DNA of 64,000 nt from a virus: IMG/VR virus record IMGVR_UViG_3300027387_000003, positions 1 to 64,000 of that record. One strand, written 5' to 3'. The position numbers and the translations under genes were made by a program. The notes beneath the pieces are model-generated. The model was not told the origin of the DNA and did no database searches. It was given only the letters and a program-made list of their open reading frames with translations. Shown here piece by piece: positions 29,516-39,887 of this stretch (within the stretch, counting starts at the first letter, position 1; the number at the start of each line of letters is the position of its first letter).

Positions 29516-29660
29516 CGAAGCTGATTACGAAGAACTGTTAGACCAGTTTGAAGTTCTCACAAGAACTTTTACGGGTTGGACACTTTCAGACATACGTGCA
29601 CTATCAGTTAGAGAAAGAGCTAACTGGATGGAGCGCTCTAAGAGAACGGTTAGGAGGTAA
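29505..29660 (+). CDS. +1-frame extension of the tail chaperone (gpT-like), probably made by frameshift
   Basis: FVYSEADYEELLDQFEVLTRTFTGWTLSDIRALSVRERANWMERSKRTVRR*; 'GW....I..L...ER..W' is the gpT-type pattern; no usable ATG/GTG/TTG start. Confidence 0.7.
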   Translation, partial: FVYSEADYEELLDQFEVLTRTFTGWTLSDIRALSVRERANWMERSKRTVRR

Positions 29661-29665
29661 GGCAG

Positions 29666-31900
29666 TTGCTTAATTTACCAAGCGGTAAAGCTGGCTCGGT
29701 TATCTCTGATATTGCATCAGGTATATCCCAGTTAAGACAACAGATGCAGGGTCTTAAACAAGACACTAGCGGATGGGTAAACACCTTAGGCGGAGCCACC
29801 TCTAAATTCGGTTCAACTGCTGGGGGAGCTACTAACCAAGTAGCGCCATACCCAAAATTTAGCGTTGACGCTGACGGTGTTGTTAATTACCAGGGAACAA
29901 CAAGCGGTAATACAGGCCTAGTTTTTCAGCAGAATGCTTTACAACCTTACGTTAATCCAACCTATGCAGCGCCACCACCAACTGGAAGAACACCTTCGGG
30001 TGGCGGGGGTGATTATCGAGCTGCCATGGCTGCGGGAGCACTTGGTGGTATGCAGGCAATGCCTGGTACAAAAGAGTCTGTTGATTATCAGCTTGCTCTT
30101 AGTCGTATGGTTTTTTACCAGCAAGCTCCTAACGCAACTGCTGGTAGTGGAAGTATCTTTAGTCGCCTTGGTATAGGTAAGGGTGACCCAGGAAGAGCTG
30201 GCGCACGTATTGCTGCAGAGCAACTGATGGCTGGTGGAACTGCAACTAATAAATTTGATGCGGTTAATGCTTACGCTACAGCAGCTCAGTACGGTTTGTC
30301 TGGACCTAACATGCAACAGATGATGATGGGCAATGCTGCTATGTCTAACCTTACTCCTGGTATTGGACTTGAAGGTTCCACACGTGCCTACGGAGCTATG
30401 CAGCAAGCGCGTAACGTTAACATGCTTCGCGGTATTGGTATCAAGATTCGTGGTGAAGATGGTTCTATGAAACCTATGCCACAAATCATTGATGAGATTT
30501 GGCGCAAGCTTAACCGTGAAAAAATTGGTGGAGCTGCCCTTAGCGTAGAAGATGTTCGTATCTCTTTACAGCCTGGTAATGCTCTTGCTTCTATGCTTGA
30601 CCAGTACTTTGGCAATGACCCACTACTTCGTAAGCAAGTAGAGGATGGTCTTATCTTTAAAGCTCGTACTGGTGGCGGAGCCATCAAGAGCGGTGCGGAA
30701 GGTAAACGAGCAGCTGAACAAGCTGGTGCTACTACTGCCGCTGTATCATCTTTGTCTAATAGAACTGCAGAAGCATCTAAAACGCTTGGTCAAACAGCTG
30801 ATGCTAACGCTGCTGGGTTTACTCAAGCTAACAATGTTATTAAAACTATAACTGGAATTGTAAATCTTTTTGATAGAATTACTGGAGTACTAAAGCTAAG
30901 CGGGCTCTTTAAAGGATTTGCAGACACTATTGCAAGTGCTGGAAACTTTGCATTTGCTGGCCCAGCTGGAGTTGTCAGTGCTCTTGGAGGATTGTTTAAA
31001 GCCGAGGGTGGACCCGTAGCAGGAAAGTCTCCGTACATTGTAGGTGAGCGTGGACCTGAGCTCTTTGTTCCTAAGACTGACGGAAAGATTGTTCCTAACC
31101 ACGAGCTAGCAAACTACCCGTTCCGTGCTGGTGGCGGTGGCGTAAAAGCTGGGGGATATGGACTAGGGGATAAATCTAGCCCAGAAGATTGGGCTAAAGC
31201 AATGCTAAGAGCTTTGGGTGCCCCAGAAAAACAAGACTCTATTGATGCTCTAAAGACCTGGGCTAGATTTGAGGGTGGACACTTTTCAAACAACGGAAAC
31301 CACGGAGCTAGATTTAATCCATTAAATACAAGTTTGAAACTCCCAGGCTCTGGCCCTATGAGCGAGAAGAATAAACTTGTTCAAAGATATCAAAACTGGG
31401 ACCAAGGTATTGACGCTGCTGTAAAAACTCTTACAGGAAACAGGGCAGATGAACGTGGTTACTCTGCAATTGTTGAAGCACTTCGCAAGGGTGCCGATAA
31501 AGATGCAATCCTTGCTGCAGTAAATAAATCTGCTTGGGTACATGGAGAAGGAAAAAATAGTAACTACAAGTTTGCAGGCTCTAGCTCTAAGTATGATGTT
31601 GACTTTAAACCTGGTAGTAGCTCAACAGTGTTTAATAACGGAAACAGCGAAAGCAGCGGAAGAGTAACTTTGCGCTCTTTGATGGAAAGAGAAAAAGAAA
31701 GTACAAAAACTTTGCTAGCTGATTTAACAAAAAATATGGGAGAGTTCAATAAGAGCTCAAGCGCGTCTACTGGTCACACCTATAACTATGGGGGAGTTCA
31801 AATTAAGATTGATGGAAGTACTAACCCTAACGATACTGCTGCAGCTCTGAAGGCAGCTTTATCAAGTCAAGATACTATTTCAAAGGCGGCTAAATTCTAA
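29666..31900 (+). CDS. tape measure protein with C-terminal lysozyme-like domain
   Basis: Ala/Gly-rich helical; 'AEGGPV....PYIVGERGPELFVP'; 'W.RFEGG...NPLNT' muralytic-type segment; TTG start with AGGAGG. Confidence 0.85.
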   Translation: MLNLPSGKAGSVISDIASGISQLRQQMQGLKQDTSGWVNTLGGATSKFGSTAGGATNQVAPYPKFSVDADGVVNYQGTTSGNTGLVFQQNALQPYVNPTYAAPPPTGRTPSGGGGDYRAAMAAGALGGMQAMPGTKESVDYQLALSRMVFYQQAPNATAGSGSIFSRLGIGKGDPGRAGARIAAEQLMAGGTATNKFDAVNAYATAAQYGLSGPNMQQMMMGNAAMSNLTPGIGLEGSTRAYGAMQQARNVNMLRGIGIKIRGEDGSMKPMPQIIDEIWRKLNREKIGGAALSVEDVRISLQPGNALASMLDQYFGNDPLLRKQVEDGLIFKARTGGGAIKSGAEGKRAAEQAGATTAAVSSLSNRTAEASKTLGQTADANAAGFTQANNVIKTITGIVNLFDRITGVLKLSGLFKGFADTIASAGNFAFAGPAGVVSALGGLFKAEGGPVAGKSPYIVGERGPELFVPKTDGKIVPNHELANYPFRAGGGGVKAGGYGLGDKSSPEDWAKAMLRALGAPEKQDSIDALKTWARFEGGHFSNNGNHGARFNPLNTSLKLPGSGPMSEKNKLVQRYQNWDQGIDAAVKTLTGNRADERGYSAIVEALRKGADKDAILAAVNKSAWVHGEGKNSNYKFAGSSSKYDVDFKPGSSSTVFNNGNSESSGRVTLRSLMEREKESTKTLLADLTKNMGEFNKSSSASTGHTYNYGGVQIKIDGSTNPNDTAAALKAALSSQDTISKAAKF

Positions 31901-33069
31901 TGGCTGGACTATTTAAAAGACCGACTCCAAATAAAAAAACTTCTGCTGTAGCACCAAAGCCACCTAATGTTGGTGCAAGCGTTGGTAGAGGCTACCAACG
32001 CTTTGGTCAAAACCCTGGTATTAACACTAACCCGTCCCCAGCTGGGCCTGCGCAACCTAGAGGAAACACAACCATAAAAGACCCTGTAACTAAAATAAAA
32101 CAGGACCCACCAAAAAACAAAAATACAAGAGGCTCAACTATAACTGCGAGAAATCGCAAGTCTCGTCCTGACCTAGATACTAATTGGAACTTACCGCCTT
32201 GCGCTGCAAGCCTTCCAGTAAGAGCTGTAGAGGTAGTTGGTTACGAAACCGTTTTTAGTCAAGACTTAGCTAGCATGCATAGATACCGCAGAGGAGCTAT
32301 TTGGTTTTACGACACTGGTGCAGGCGTATCTAGTGTGGACAGTTCTGGTAACGTGCAGAATGCTGGCGACGCTGTTGAGGAGAAATACTCCGAAGATAAA
32401 GTCGCTAAACTTGGCTCAAAAGATAAAGACAAGATTCCTGAAAATGCATACGGTAAATATGGTTTTCAATTCTTATGGAATCCAGACCAGATTCAAGTAT
32501 CTGTTGCTCGAAACATGGATGTAACTCCATCTAATGCTGACCGTTTACGCGGTGTGGCTGGAGCGTTTCCTGGACAAGAGTCTTTATCTTTTACTATTAT
32601 TTTAGATAGAGTTAATGATTTTGCGTTGTTTAATCGTGCTGCTAATGGTGGAGCTGAAAAAGGCTCTAGAGTTGCTTACCCAACTTACAGCAAAGAACTA
32701 TTAAAACAGTATAAATACGGATTAGATGTTGAAGGTTCAGCAACAGAGTCTAAGGTTAAAAAGCTTTATGACCTACATACATATGGAACTATGGCTGATT
32801 TAGAATACCTATTTAAATGTATTAATGGAACAGGTACAAACGCGGGTTCGTGGAAAACTCTTTTAGGTAAAGAGACCGCGGATATTGGATTCTTGTCTCC
32901 AACTTTATTAGCTTTTAGATTTGGAGAAAACGCAAAGACAGCGCTTTCTTATGTTGGTTGGATTACAAACCTGTCTATTAGCCATACGATGTTTACAGAA
33001 GAAATGATTCCTATCCGTACCTCAGTTAGCTTTAGTGTTGACTGTTTTGCTGGTTCTACAATTATCTAG
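31900..33069 (+). CDS. baseplate tube-initiator protein
   Basis: 'FQFLWNP', 'YVGWITNLSISHTMF...M.P' pattern of contractile-tail tube initiators. Confidence 0.65.
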   Translation: MAGLFKRPTPNKKTSAVAPKPPNVGASVGRGYQRFGQNPGINTNPSPAGPAQPRGNTTIKDPVTKIKQDPPKNKNTRGSTITARNRKSRPDLDTNWNLPPCAASLPVRAVEVVGYETVFSQDLASMHRYRRGAIWFYDTGAGVSSVDSSGNVQNAGDAVEEKYSEDKVAKLGSKDKDKIPENAYGKYGFQFLWNPDQIQVSVARNMDVTPSNADRLRGVAGAFPGQESLSFTIILDRVNDFALFNRAANGGAEKGSRVAYPTYSKELLKQYKYGLDVEGSATESKVKKLYDLHTYGTMADLEYLFKCINGTGTNAGSWKTLLGKETADIGFLSPTLLAFRFGENAKTALSYVGWITNLSISHTMFTEEMIPIRTSVSFSVDCFAGSTII

Positions 33070-33077
33070 GAGGCGTT

Positions 33078-33359
33078 GTGACTATTTATTCAGGTTCTAG
33101 GTACGAGTACTCTCTTATTGATTTCTTTTCAACAAAAGAAAACGGGGATGAGAACCCAACTGTTTTTTACACAATGACTGACTTAGGCGTAGTTACATAC
33201 GCTTCACATTATTATTTGGACGGTGAAAGGTTAGATACCCTAGCTTATAAGTACTACAAAACTCCATCGTTTTGGTGGGTAATTGCTGAGTTTAATCCAG
33301 AGATAAAAGACTTTACAAACATTCCAACTGGAACAATACTTAGGATTCCTAGTGTTTAG
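33078..33359 (+). CDS. LysM-like baseplate protein (P2 gpX / T4 gp53-like)
   Basis: 'GERLDTLAYKYY..PSFWWVIAEFNP.......IPTGTILRIP'. Confidence 0.8.
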   Translation: MTIYSGSRYEYSLIDFFSTKENGDENPTVFYTMTDLGVVTYASHYYLDGERLDTLAYKYYKTPSFWWVIAEFNPEIKDFTNIPTGTILRIPSV

Positions 33360-34683
33360 TTATATCTCAGTTAACTTTGAAGACTCTGTAGATTTTCCTA
33401 AAAGAGTATACAGCGCTACTTTGTATCAAAAAAACTATGAGCATGAAATGATGAGCATCATGTTTAGAGATTGGGATGTTGACTACGACGTTGTAAAACC
33501 AGGGTCACCCGTATCTGTTAGCATTAAGGGAGCAACCTCTAGAAGAAATTTTTACGGGTACATTCATCACATTGAACCTAATAGAACTCCTGGAACTGCA
33601 TTTACAGAAGTTGTTTTAATTGGTGGTTCTTTTCCTTTAAAGCAAGCTTCTCAAAAAGTTTATAGGGACCACACAGCTGACCAGGTGGTTAGAGACCTTG
33701 CTTCAAAGCACGGGCTTACTTATTACGGGGTGCCTCACCCACGTGTTTTTGAACAAATTTCACACACTGGAAGTACCGATTGGCAGATGTTGGTACGACT
33801 AGCTAAACAAATTGGTTACACAATTAGAACCCAAAACACAGAGATTTACTTTGAACCTATGATGGAAGACTTTAAAAACTATAGAAGTGAAGCTTCTACA
33901 CTTGTAATGAGAGACGAAAGCAGCACTGATGGGTCTAACCTGTACAGCTTCAAACCCATTATTAGTGAGTCAATATCATTTGATGGGGACGACATGAAGG
34001 CTGCTCATGCAGTGCAGGGAGTGGACAGACTAGCAAAGTCTCCAATATCTATTACTAAACAAAAGCGACCTGCTAAAACAAAAGCTATAACTCAATTTGA
34101 AATGTTTGACCGTTTTAATACAGCAATTGTTGCTCCTAATGCTGAGATAGCTGCGTATGAAGCCGAAGCGGCAGACCTACGTGCCTCTTTTCCATATAGA
34201 GCTTCTGCTATTGCTCTTGGAGAACCAGACCTACGACCTAACATGCCTGTATACCTAGAAGGCATTGGCTCTACTTACAGCGGTTACTGGGTAATCCTTA
34301 GTACTCAGCATAAGTTCATTGAAACAGAAACTAACGTATTTTCTTATGTAACTGAGTTATCTCTAGGTACAGACTCTTTAGGTAAAGCTGTAAGTTTTGG
34401 CGGGTCTTTGGTATCAGTGCCACCATCAACTAAGATAAGAAAAATTGACCCTGGAATTAAACAAACTAAAGTGGTTCCAAAGTCTAAAATAATAAAAAAT
34501 AACGTTGTATCAAATAAACGTAATACGGTAAGCTTTGGTAAGATAGGAAACAGAGCAAAACCAGTGGCTGGTGTTAGAGCCCCTTCTTTATGGAAAACAA
34601 CAGCACCTGTTAAAAAGGTGACGTTTGTAGAGAAAAGAAGACCTCAAACGATTACTACAAGATTGCAAAAGAAAGCTAATTAA
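33352..34683 (+). CDS. baseplate hub protein (P2 gpD / VgrG N-terminal-like)
   Basis: 'TDWQMLVRLAKQIGY', 'GEPDLRP...V.LEGIG..YSG.W.I....H'. Confidence 0.8.
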   Translation: MFSYISVNFEDSVDFPKRVYSATLYQKNYEHEMMSIMFRDWDVDYDVVKPGSPVSVSIKGATSRRNFYGYIHHIEPNRTPGTAFTEVVLIGGSFPLKQASQKVYRDHTADQVVRDLASKHGLTYYGVPHPRVFEQISHTGSTDWQMLVRLAKQIGYTIRTQNTEIYFEPMMEDFKNYRSEASTLVMRDESSTDGSNLYSFKPIISESISFDGDDMKAAHAVQGVDRLAKSPISITKQKRPAKTKAITQFEMFDRFNTAIVAPNAEIAAYEAEAADLRASFPYRASAIALGEPDLRPNMPVYLEGIGSTYSGYWVILSTQHKFIETETNVFSYVTELSLGTDSLGKAVSFGGSLVSVPPSTKIRKIDPGIKQTKVVPKSKIIKNNVVSNKRNTVSFGKIGNRAKPVAGVRAPSLWKTTAPVKKVTFVEKRRPQTITTRLQKKAN

Positions 34684-35216
34684 TGGATGAGTTAAAGTTC
34701 TACGGTATCTATCAAGGTATCTGCGCTGACGTTGACGACCCAGAAAACGATAGCCGTATCAAGCTTCAAGTTCCCCAGGTTATGGGGCAGGAGATTACTG
34801 AGTGGGCTAGACCATGCCTTCCAGTAATTGCTAACTCTAACCACCCTGACCATAAAAAGCACTTGGCGGCTGAGGTAGCTGCCCTGCTTAATGCTCATGG
34901 AGACCACTCAGTTTCGGTATCAGGTACTACAGGTGGAGCAACGGTAAGCACCTTTGGTTCCCACACTCATACCTTCAGCGCTACCCAGACTTTAACTCAT
35001 ACTAATAACCACACAGGTAACAGCCTTAGCCTTGACCATGAGCACGAAACTGCCGAGGATAAAGACGAAAAATGGAATGATGACCAAGAGACAAACCAGA
35101 CTCCTGAGCATACACCCCATAGACTTGTACCTAGAGTTGGTCAAAAAGTATGGGTTATGTTTATAGGCGGAGACCCTAATTATCCAGTATGGATGGGAGT
35201 TGAGTTAGATGGCTGA
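34683..35216 (+). CDS. baseplate spike (gp5/gpV OB-fold) with His-rich insertion
   Basis: 'DDPENDSRIKLQVP', 'WARPC', 'PRVGQKVWVMFIGGDPNYPVWMG'. Confidence 0.85.
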   Translation: MDELKFYGIYQGICADVDDPENDSRIKLQVPQVMGQEITEWARPCLPVIANSNHPDHKKHLAAEVAALLNAHGDHSVSVSGTTGGATVSTFGSHTHTFSATQTLTHTNNHTGNSLSLDHEHETAEDKDEKWNDDQETNQTPEHTPHRLVPRVGQKVWVMFIGGDPNYPVWMGVELDG

Positions 35217-35619
35217 ACAACGCGCTATATCCCTGCCCTTCTCCTTTAATAGTGCTGGAGAAATTTCTTACACAACAGACTTGAAAAAGATTATTCAAGA
35301 CAGAGTAGTTTTAGCTGTAATGACTAGCTTTGATGAAAGAGTAATGAGACCGACCTACGGTTCTTATGTTCATAGAGCGGCTTTTGAAAATGAAAATGAC
35401 GCAATTGCTAATGTGGAAAATGCCGTTTCAGGATGTTTTACTACATGGTTTCCATACCTTACATTAATTAGCGTTAACCCAACTGTTACAGATAATGGGT
35501 TAGAGTTTGAAGTATTTTATAATATGGGTGGCGACAGCATTATCCAAGATTTAAACATAAAAACAGACTTGCTTACAAGAGCAGGGGAAATTATAAGGGA
35601 GATACCAACAAATGGCTGA
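35209..35619 (+). CDS. baseplate wedge subunit (T4 gp25 / P2 gpW-like)
   Basis: 'ISLPF', 'T...ERVMRPTYGS'. Confidence 0.85.
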   Translation: MAEQRAISLPFSFNSAGEISYTTDLKKIIQDRVVLAVMTSFDERVMRPTYGSYVHRAAFENENDAIANVENAVSGCFTTWFPYLTLISVNPTVTDNGLEFEVFYNMGGDSIIQDLNIKTDLLTRAGEIIREIPTNG

Positions 35620-37324
35620 TAACTTTGTGCCTCAAGTAGACTATACATCTAGAGATTACGAAGCTGTAAGAGCAGACTTAATCAACCTTATCCCTAACTT
35701 TGCGCCTCAGTGGACTAACCGCGACCCTTCAGACTTTGGTATGACACTGATTGAACTGTTTTCATATGTTGCTGATGAGCTAAACTTTTATATTGACCGT
35801 TCACTTAATGAGTCATTTTTGTCTACCGCTAGCCAGAAAAGCAGCGTACTTAATATTGCAAAAATTCTTGGGTATGTTCCTACAGGAGCAACTCCAGCAA
35901 CTGTACTTCTTACATTTCAGAACTCTACTGCGGACCCAATTACAGTACCAGCAAAGACTCAGGTAGCTACTAGCGTAGTAAACAACGGACAAAGAACTCA
36001 GGTTATATTTGAAACAGATGTGGCTGTAACTGTGCCAGCAAAAGTTGGGGCATTAAACGGTTCAGCAACTGTAGCTGCAACTCAAGGTGAGACAGTTACT
36101 AATGAAGTTATTGGAGTATCTAACGGTACCCCTAACCAAATATTTGAATTAGCTCAAAGCCCAGTTATTAACGGAAGCGTATCCTTAACTATTGCGGGAG
36201 TTAACTACTCTCAAGTTCCCTACCTAATTGATTACCAAGAATTTGACCCAGTATTTATTGCAGAAGCTGATGCTGATAACGTTACATATGTAACGTTTGG
36301 AGATGGAATCAGCGGTCGTATTCCAGCTAATGGTGCTCAAATTACTGCTACCTACCGTGTAGGCGGAGGAATTCAAGGAAACGTATCAGCTAACACTATT
36401 AAGTTCATTCTTACAAACCAGGTAACTGGGTTGACTGTTGTGAACCAAAACGTGGGTGAGATTTCTGGAGCAGCATCTGGTGGAGCGGACCCAGAAACAA
36501 CTGACTCTATCAGAGTAAACGCTCCGCAAAGTATCAGAGCTTTAAGCCGTGCTGTATCGTTGGCTGATTATTCATCTCTTGCTGTTCAAGTACAGGGAGT
36601 GGCTAAAGCAATTTCTATTGCTGAAGTTTATAGCAGCATTACTATTTACTTAGCTCCTTATGGAGACTCTGGACTTCAGTCTGATGGTTTGACCGCATCA
36701 ACTGTCTTTAACAACTTAGTTGAGAAAGTTTATACCTTTTTCTCAGATAAGACTCCTCCAGGCACAACGTTGACATTCCAACCACCTAAGTACGTACCTG
36801 CTCAACTTAAACTTGACTGTGTTATCTTACCGCAATATGTTAAAGCTAAAGTTACAGCAGACATTCAGTCTGCTATTCAAGAGTTGTTTGCTTTTGACAA
36901 CGTGGCATTTAACGACCGTATTAATCTACAAGATGTTCTAAGCTCTGCTAATGCAGTGGCTGGTGTATCAAGAGCCTCTGTGATTAAGATGGTACGAGGA
37001 GATGAAGAACAAACGTTCTCTATTAATAACAAGATACTTACAAGTAACGTAGCCACACTAACTACGTCCGCTACTCACAACCTATCTGTAGGTCAGACCG
37101 TACTTATCACTAACGTTGATGATACGTTTAATGGCACATACGTTATTACGGCTACAGCCCCAACAACATTTAGCTACGTATGTATTGCTACTAACGTACT
37201 TACTACTGCTGTAACTGGACTAGCAAAGGTAACAGTTCTTACCGTTCGAGATATTATCTGCTCAACTAATGAGCTTCCTCAACTAGGTACCTTTGACCTA
37301 ACGGTAACTGGAGGCATCGAATAG
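35612..37324 (+). CDS. baseplate J / T4 gp6-like wedge protein
   Basis: 'DYTSRDY', 'DFGMTLIEL', 'FGDG..GRIP', 'GGADPE', 'RAVSLADY'. Confidence 0.9.
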   Translation: MADNFVPQVDYTSRDYEAVRADLINLIPNFAPQWTNRDPSDFGMTLIELFSYVADELNFYIDRSLNESFLSTASQKSSVLNIAKILGYVPTGATPATVLLTFQNSTADPITVPAKTQVATSVVNNGQRTQVIFETDVAVTVPAKVGALNGSATVAATQGETVTNEVIGVSNGTPNQIFELAQSPVINGSVSLTIAGVNYSQVPYLIDYQEFDPVFIAEADADNVTYVTFGDGISGRIPANGAQITATYRVGGGIQGNVSANTIKFILTNQVTGLTVVNQNVGEISGAASGGADPETTDSIRVNAPQSIRALSRAVSLADYSSLAVQVQGVAKAISIAEVYSSITIYLAPYGDSGLQSDGLTASTVFNNLVEKVYTFFSDKTPPGTTLTFQPPKYVPAQLKLDCVILPQYVKAKVTADIQSAIQELFAFDNVAFNDRINLQDVLSSANAVAGVSRASVIKMVRGDEEQTFSINNKILTSNVATLTTSATHNLSVGQTVLITNVDDTFNGTYVITATAPTTFSYVCIATNVLTTAVTGLAKVTVLTVRDIICSTNELPQLGTFDLTVTGGIE

Positions 37325-37325
37325 G

Positions 37326-39875
37326 ATGTCACGTTACGGTCTTGATTACTACAGCTCCCCTAGTTTCCCCCTAAGTTACTATGGTAGCGATAACCCATTA
37401 ACTTTTGATGCTTCTCCAGTAACGGCTATCTCTTCTGGATACCTGCAGATAACAATTAATTGGGCAAAACCAGTCGGAGACTGGGACACCCTAAAGCTGA
37501 TGAGAAGCCCGTACGGATTTCCAGTAAACATAACAGATGGTATAAACGTATTTACTACTGAAAAATCAGATAACGATGTTTCATATGTTGATACTGTAAA
37601 TTTACAAAAACCAAAGTTTTACTACTATTCTATTTTTGTTAACGAAACTGTACAGGACACTTGGGTTCTAGCGGGTAAAGTTATTGGGTTTGCTGTACCT
37701 AACTATGGTGGCGGAAACCGACTATATGATTTAATGCCTGAAATTACAAAGATAACCACTCCCTATGTAGCGTCTTCAAATTACGACAACAGTGATTTAA
37801 GAGAGTTTTTATCTTTGTTTGGTTATCAATTTGACTACATTAAGGGCACGGTTGAAACTCTATTTGAAAGATTTAACTTTGAACAGATGTCTAACACTGT
37901 TATTCCTTTGTTGTTAAATCAGTTTGGTATTAACTTTGAACCTGAGATTGGGTTTCAAAACTCAAGAGTATTAGTACGTGACTCTGTGCAGCTATCAAAA
38001 GAAAAAGGTTCCTCACAAGGTGTTAGACAATACGTAAAAGCATTTACTGGATGGGCATGCCCTTCTCCAATTGAAGGGTCTATCAACCCTGTAGTGGAGG
38101 GTATTACATCAAGTCACAACTTAATGCTGGACTACAACGACTCCTCGTTTGAAGAGGGTATTGGACGTTGGGCATCTACAGACAACAGCGGTACCTTACG
38201 CCAGATTAAGTCTTACACGGTTAACTCTTTCTTTGTAAACTCCAATACCGTTCACTTAAATATTGGAGCTAATGGATATGCTGTTGGAGATTCTGTAACA
38301 TTAAGTGGTTTTAAAATTCCTAAGTTTAATTCTGCTACCCCTGTTGCTATTACAGGCTCAGACCCAACAGGTATTGACGTAAATATTGTGGCTCCTAATA
38401 TTGCATTGGTGTCAGCATTTAACCCAGACACTCAAAGCTACCCAACTGTTACCCCATACCCAGCAGCTCGTAATGAACCTACTGCTCCAGCCTTATACCC
38501 AAACAAGCAAAAAGGCTATCTATCATTAAGTAACGCTGGTTCAACTGCAGCAGTAGTGACCGCTAGTTGTGGAACATCTAACCCTATTGTTTACGGCATT
38601 CCAATAACATCTGGAGACCAATACACCTTTAGCGCGTACTCAGCCGCTAGCGTAACCTCTAGAACTTTTACTGTGGGTATTAGTTGGTACGACCGTCTTG
38701 GTACCTTTATGTCTACAACTACTGGTAACTCTGTATCTAACGTTGCGGGTTCATTCTCTGCAAGAGGGGTAGTGTCTGCTTCAGCTCCATGTAACATTAC
38801 CTTTAACCCATATAACACTACAGCTGGAACCTTATATACAGACGGAACATATGCAAACGTGCCGTTAACCTACGTATCTGGAAAACAACCTACGATTCTT
38901 CCAAGAGTTAACGTAACTATATTTGGTGGAGCTGTTATTTCTATTGCCGTTATTAACGGTGGTAAAGGTGCGGATACAACAACAGTCTTTACTTTAAATA
39001 AGACAGACATTGGTAGCGCTAATGGTTCTGGGTTCCTTGTTACTACAAAACTTGTTCAAGAGTCTTACTACGCGGTTCCTGTTATTACGGTTTCTAACGT
39101 AGCTAACGCGGCATCTAATGAGCGCCACTATTTTGACAACTGCCAATTTGAACAAGCTAGCAGTGTTACTGACTTTGATGAGGCTCGTCAATCACACATC
39201 ACTCTTAAAGCTAACCGAATCAATGAGTTGGTTAACCCTGTTCTTTTTAACGTAAGTAGCAACTTTGCACCTTGGTCTATTGTAAACGGTACTATTACAC
39301 GACCAGCGGATATTACAACACTAACATCAACTGCCTCTGGTGTTGTGACTCTTCGCTCTTTTACTAACAACACTCAGTATATGAAGATTTTTTATCCTAC
39401 TTCTGCCTACACATTTAGCTTGTATGTTAAGGGTGGGACTCAAACTAGCGGTAGTGGTTCTATAAACATCTTATGGTACGACTCATCAAAGACTTTACTG
39501 TCTACTAACACTCAGGCTATTACATTTACTAGCGCTGACTACTCGCGTCCAAGCGTCTCTGCCCTGGCCCCAGCTACGGCAGCCTATGCAACCGTTAGTT
39601 TAACTTGGACAGCAGACGCGTCTTCTAGAACTGTTTTGGTTAAGGAAGCTCTTTTTGAGAACTCTGGTTTAGTACTAGATTATTTTGACGGAACTAATGG
39701 ACGTATTATCCCTGGCTCTGACCTGTTCTGGGAAGGTAATGTCCCTAACCAGGCTCGTAGCCACTACTACAAAAACTGCAGAGCTATCCAATCTCGTTTA
39801 GTTAAAGGTGCTTTGGACGACTGGGTTACCAGCGGCTCTACCTACGCCATATACCTAGCACAGCCAAATACGTAG
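37326..39875 (+). CDS. baseplate wedge/tail protein (P2 gpI-like) with carbohydrate-binding-like domains
   Basis: 'LYDLMP', 'L.EFL..FG', 'KEKGS..G...YV..FTGW'; CBM-like C-terminal half. Confidence 0.7.
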   Translation: MSRYGLDYYSSPSFPLSYYGSDNPLTFDASPVTAISSGYLQITINWAKPVGDWDTLKLMRSPYGFPVNITDGINVFTTEKSDNDVSYVDTVNLQKPKFYYYSIFVNETVQDTWVLAGKVIGFAVPNYGGGNRLYDLMPEITKITTPYVASSNYDNSDLREFLSLFGYQFDYIKGTVETLFERFNFEQMSNTVIPLLLNQFGINFEPEIGFQNSRVLVRDSVQLSKEKGSSQGVRQYVKAFTGWACPSPIEGSINPVVEGITSSHNLMLDYNDSSFEEGIGRWASTDNSGTLRQIKSYTVNSFFVNSNTVHLNIGANGYAVGDSVTLSGFKIPKFNSATPVAITGSDPTGIDVNIVAPNIALVSAFNPDTQSYPTVTPYPAARNEPTAPALYPNKQKGYLSLSNAGSTAAVVTASCGTSNPIVYGIPITSGDQYTFSAYSAASVTSRTFTVGISWYDRLGTFMSTTTGNSVSNVAGSFSARGVVSASAPCNITFNPYNTTAGTLYTDGTYANVPLTYVSGKQPTILPRVNVTIFGGAVISIAVINGGKGADTTTVFTLNKTDIGSANGSGFLVTTKLVQESYYAVPVITVSNVANAASNERHYFDNCQFEQASSVTDFDEARQSHITLKANRINELVNPVLFNVSSNFAPWSIVNGTITRPADITTLTSTASGVVTLRSFTNNTQYMKIFYPTSAYTFSLYVKGGTQTSGSGSINILWYDSSKTLLSTNTQAITFTSADYSRPSVSALAPATAAYATVSLTWTADASSRTVLVKEALFENSGLVLDYFDGTNGRIIPGSDLFWEGNVPNQARSHYYKNCRAIQSRLVKGALDDWVTSGSTYAIYLAQPNT

Positions 39876-39887
39876 TAGGATAGGCTC

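Noticed and set aside
25794-39875. Extracellular contractile injection system or T6SS
   Set aside because: The tail genes are contiguous with terminase, portal, capsid and replication genes, so this is a myophage tail.
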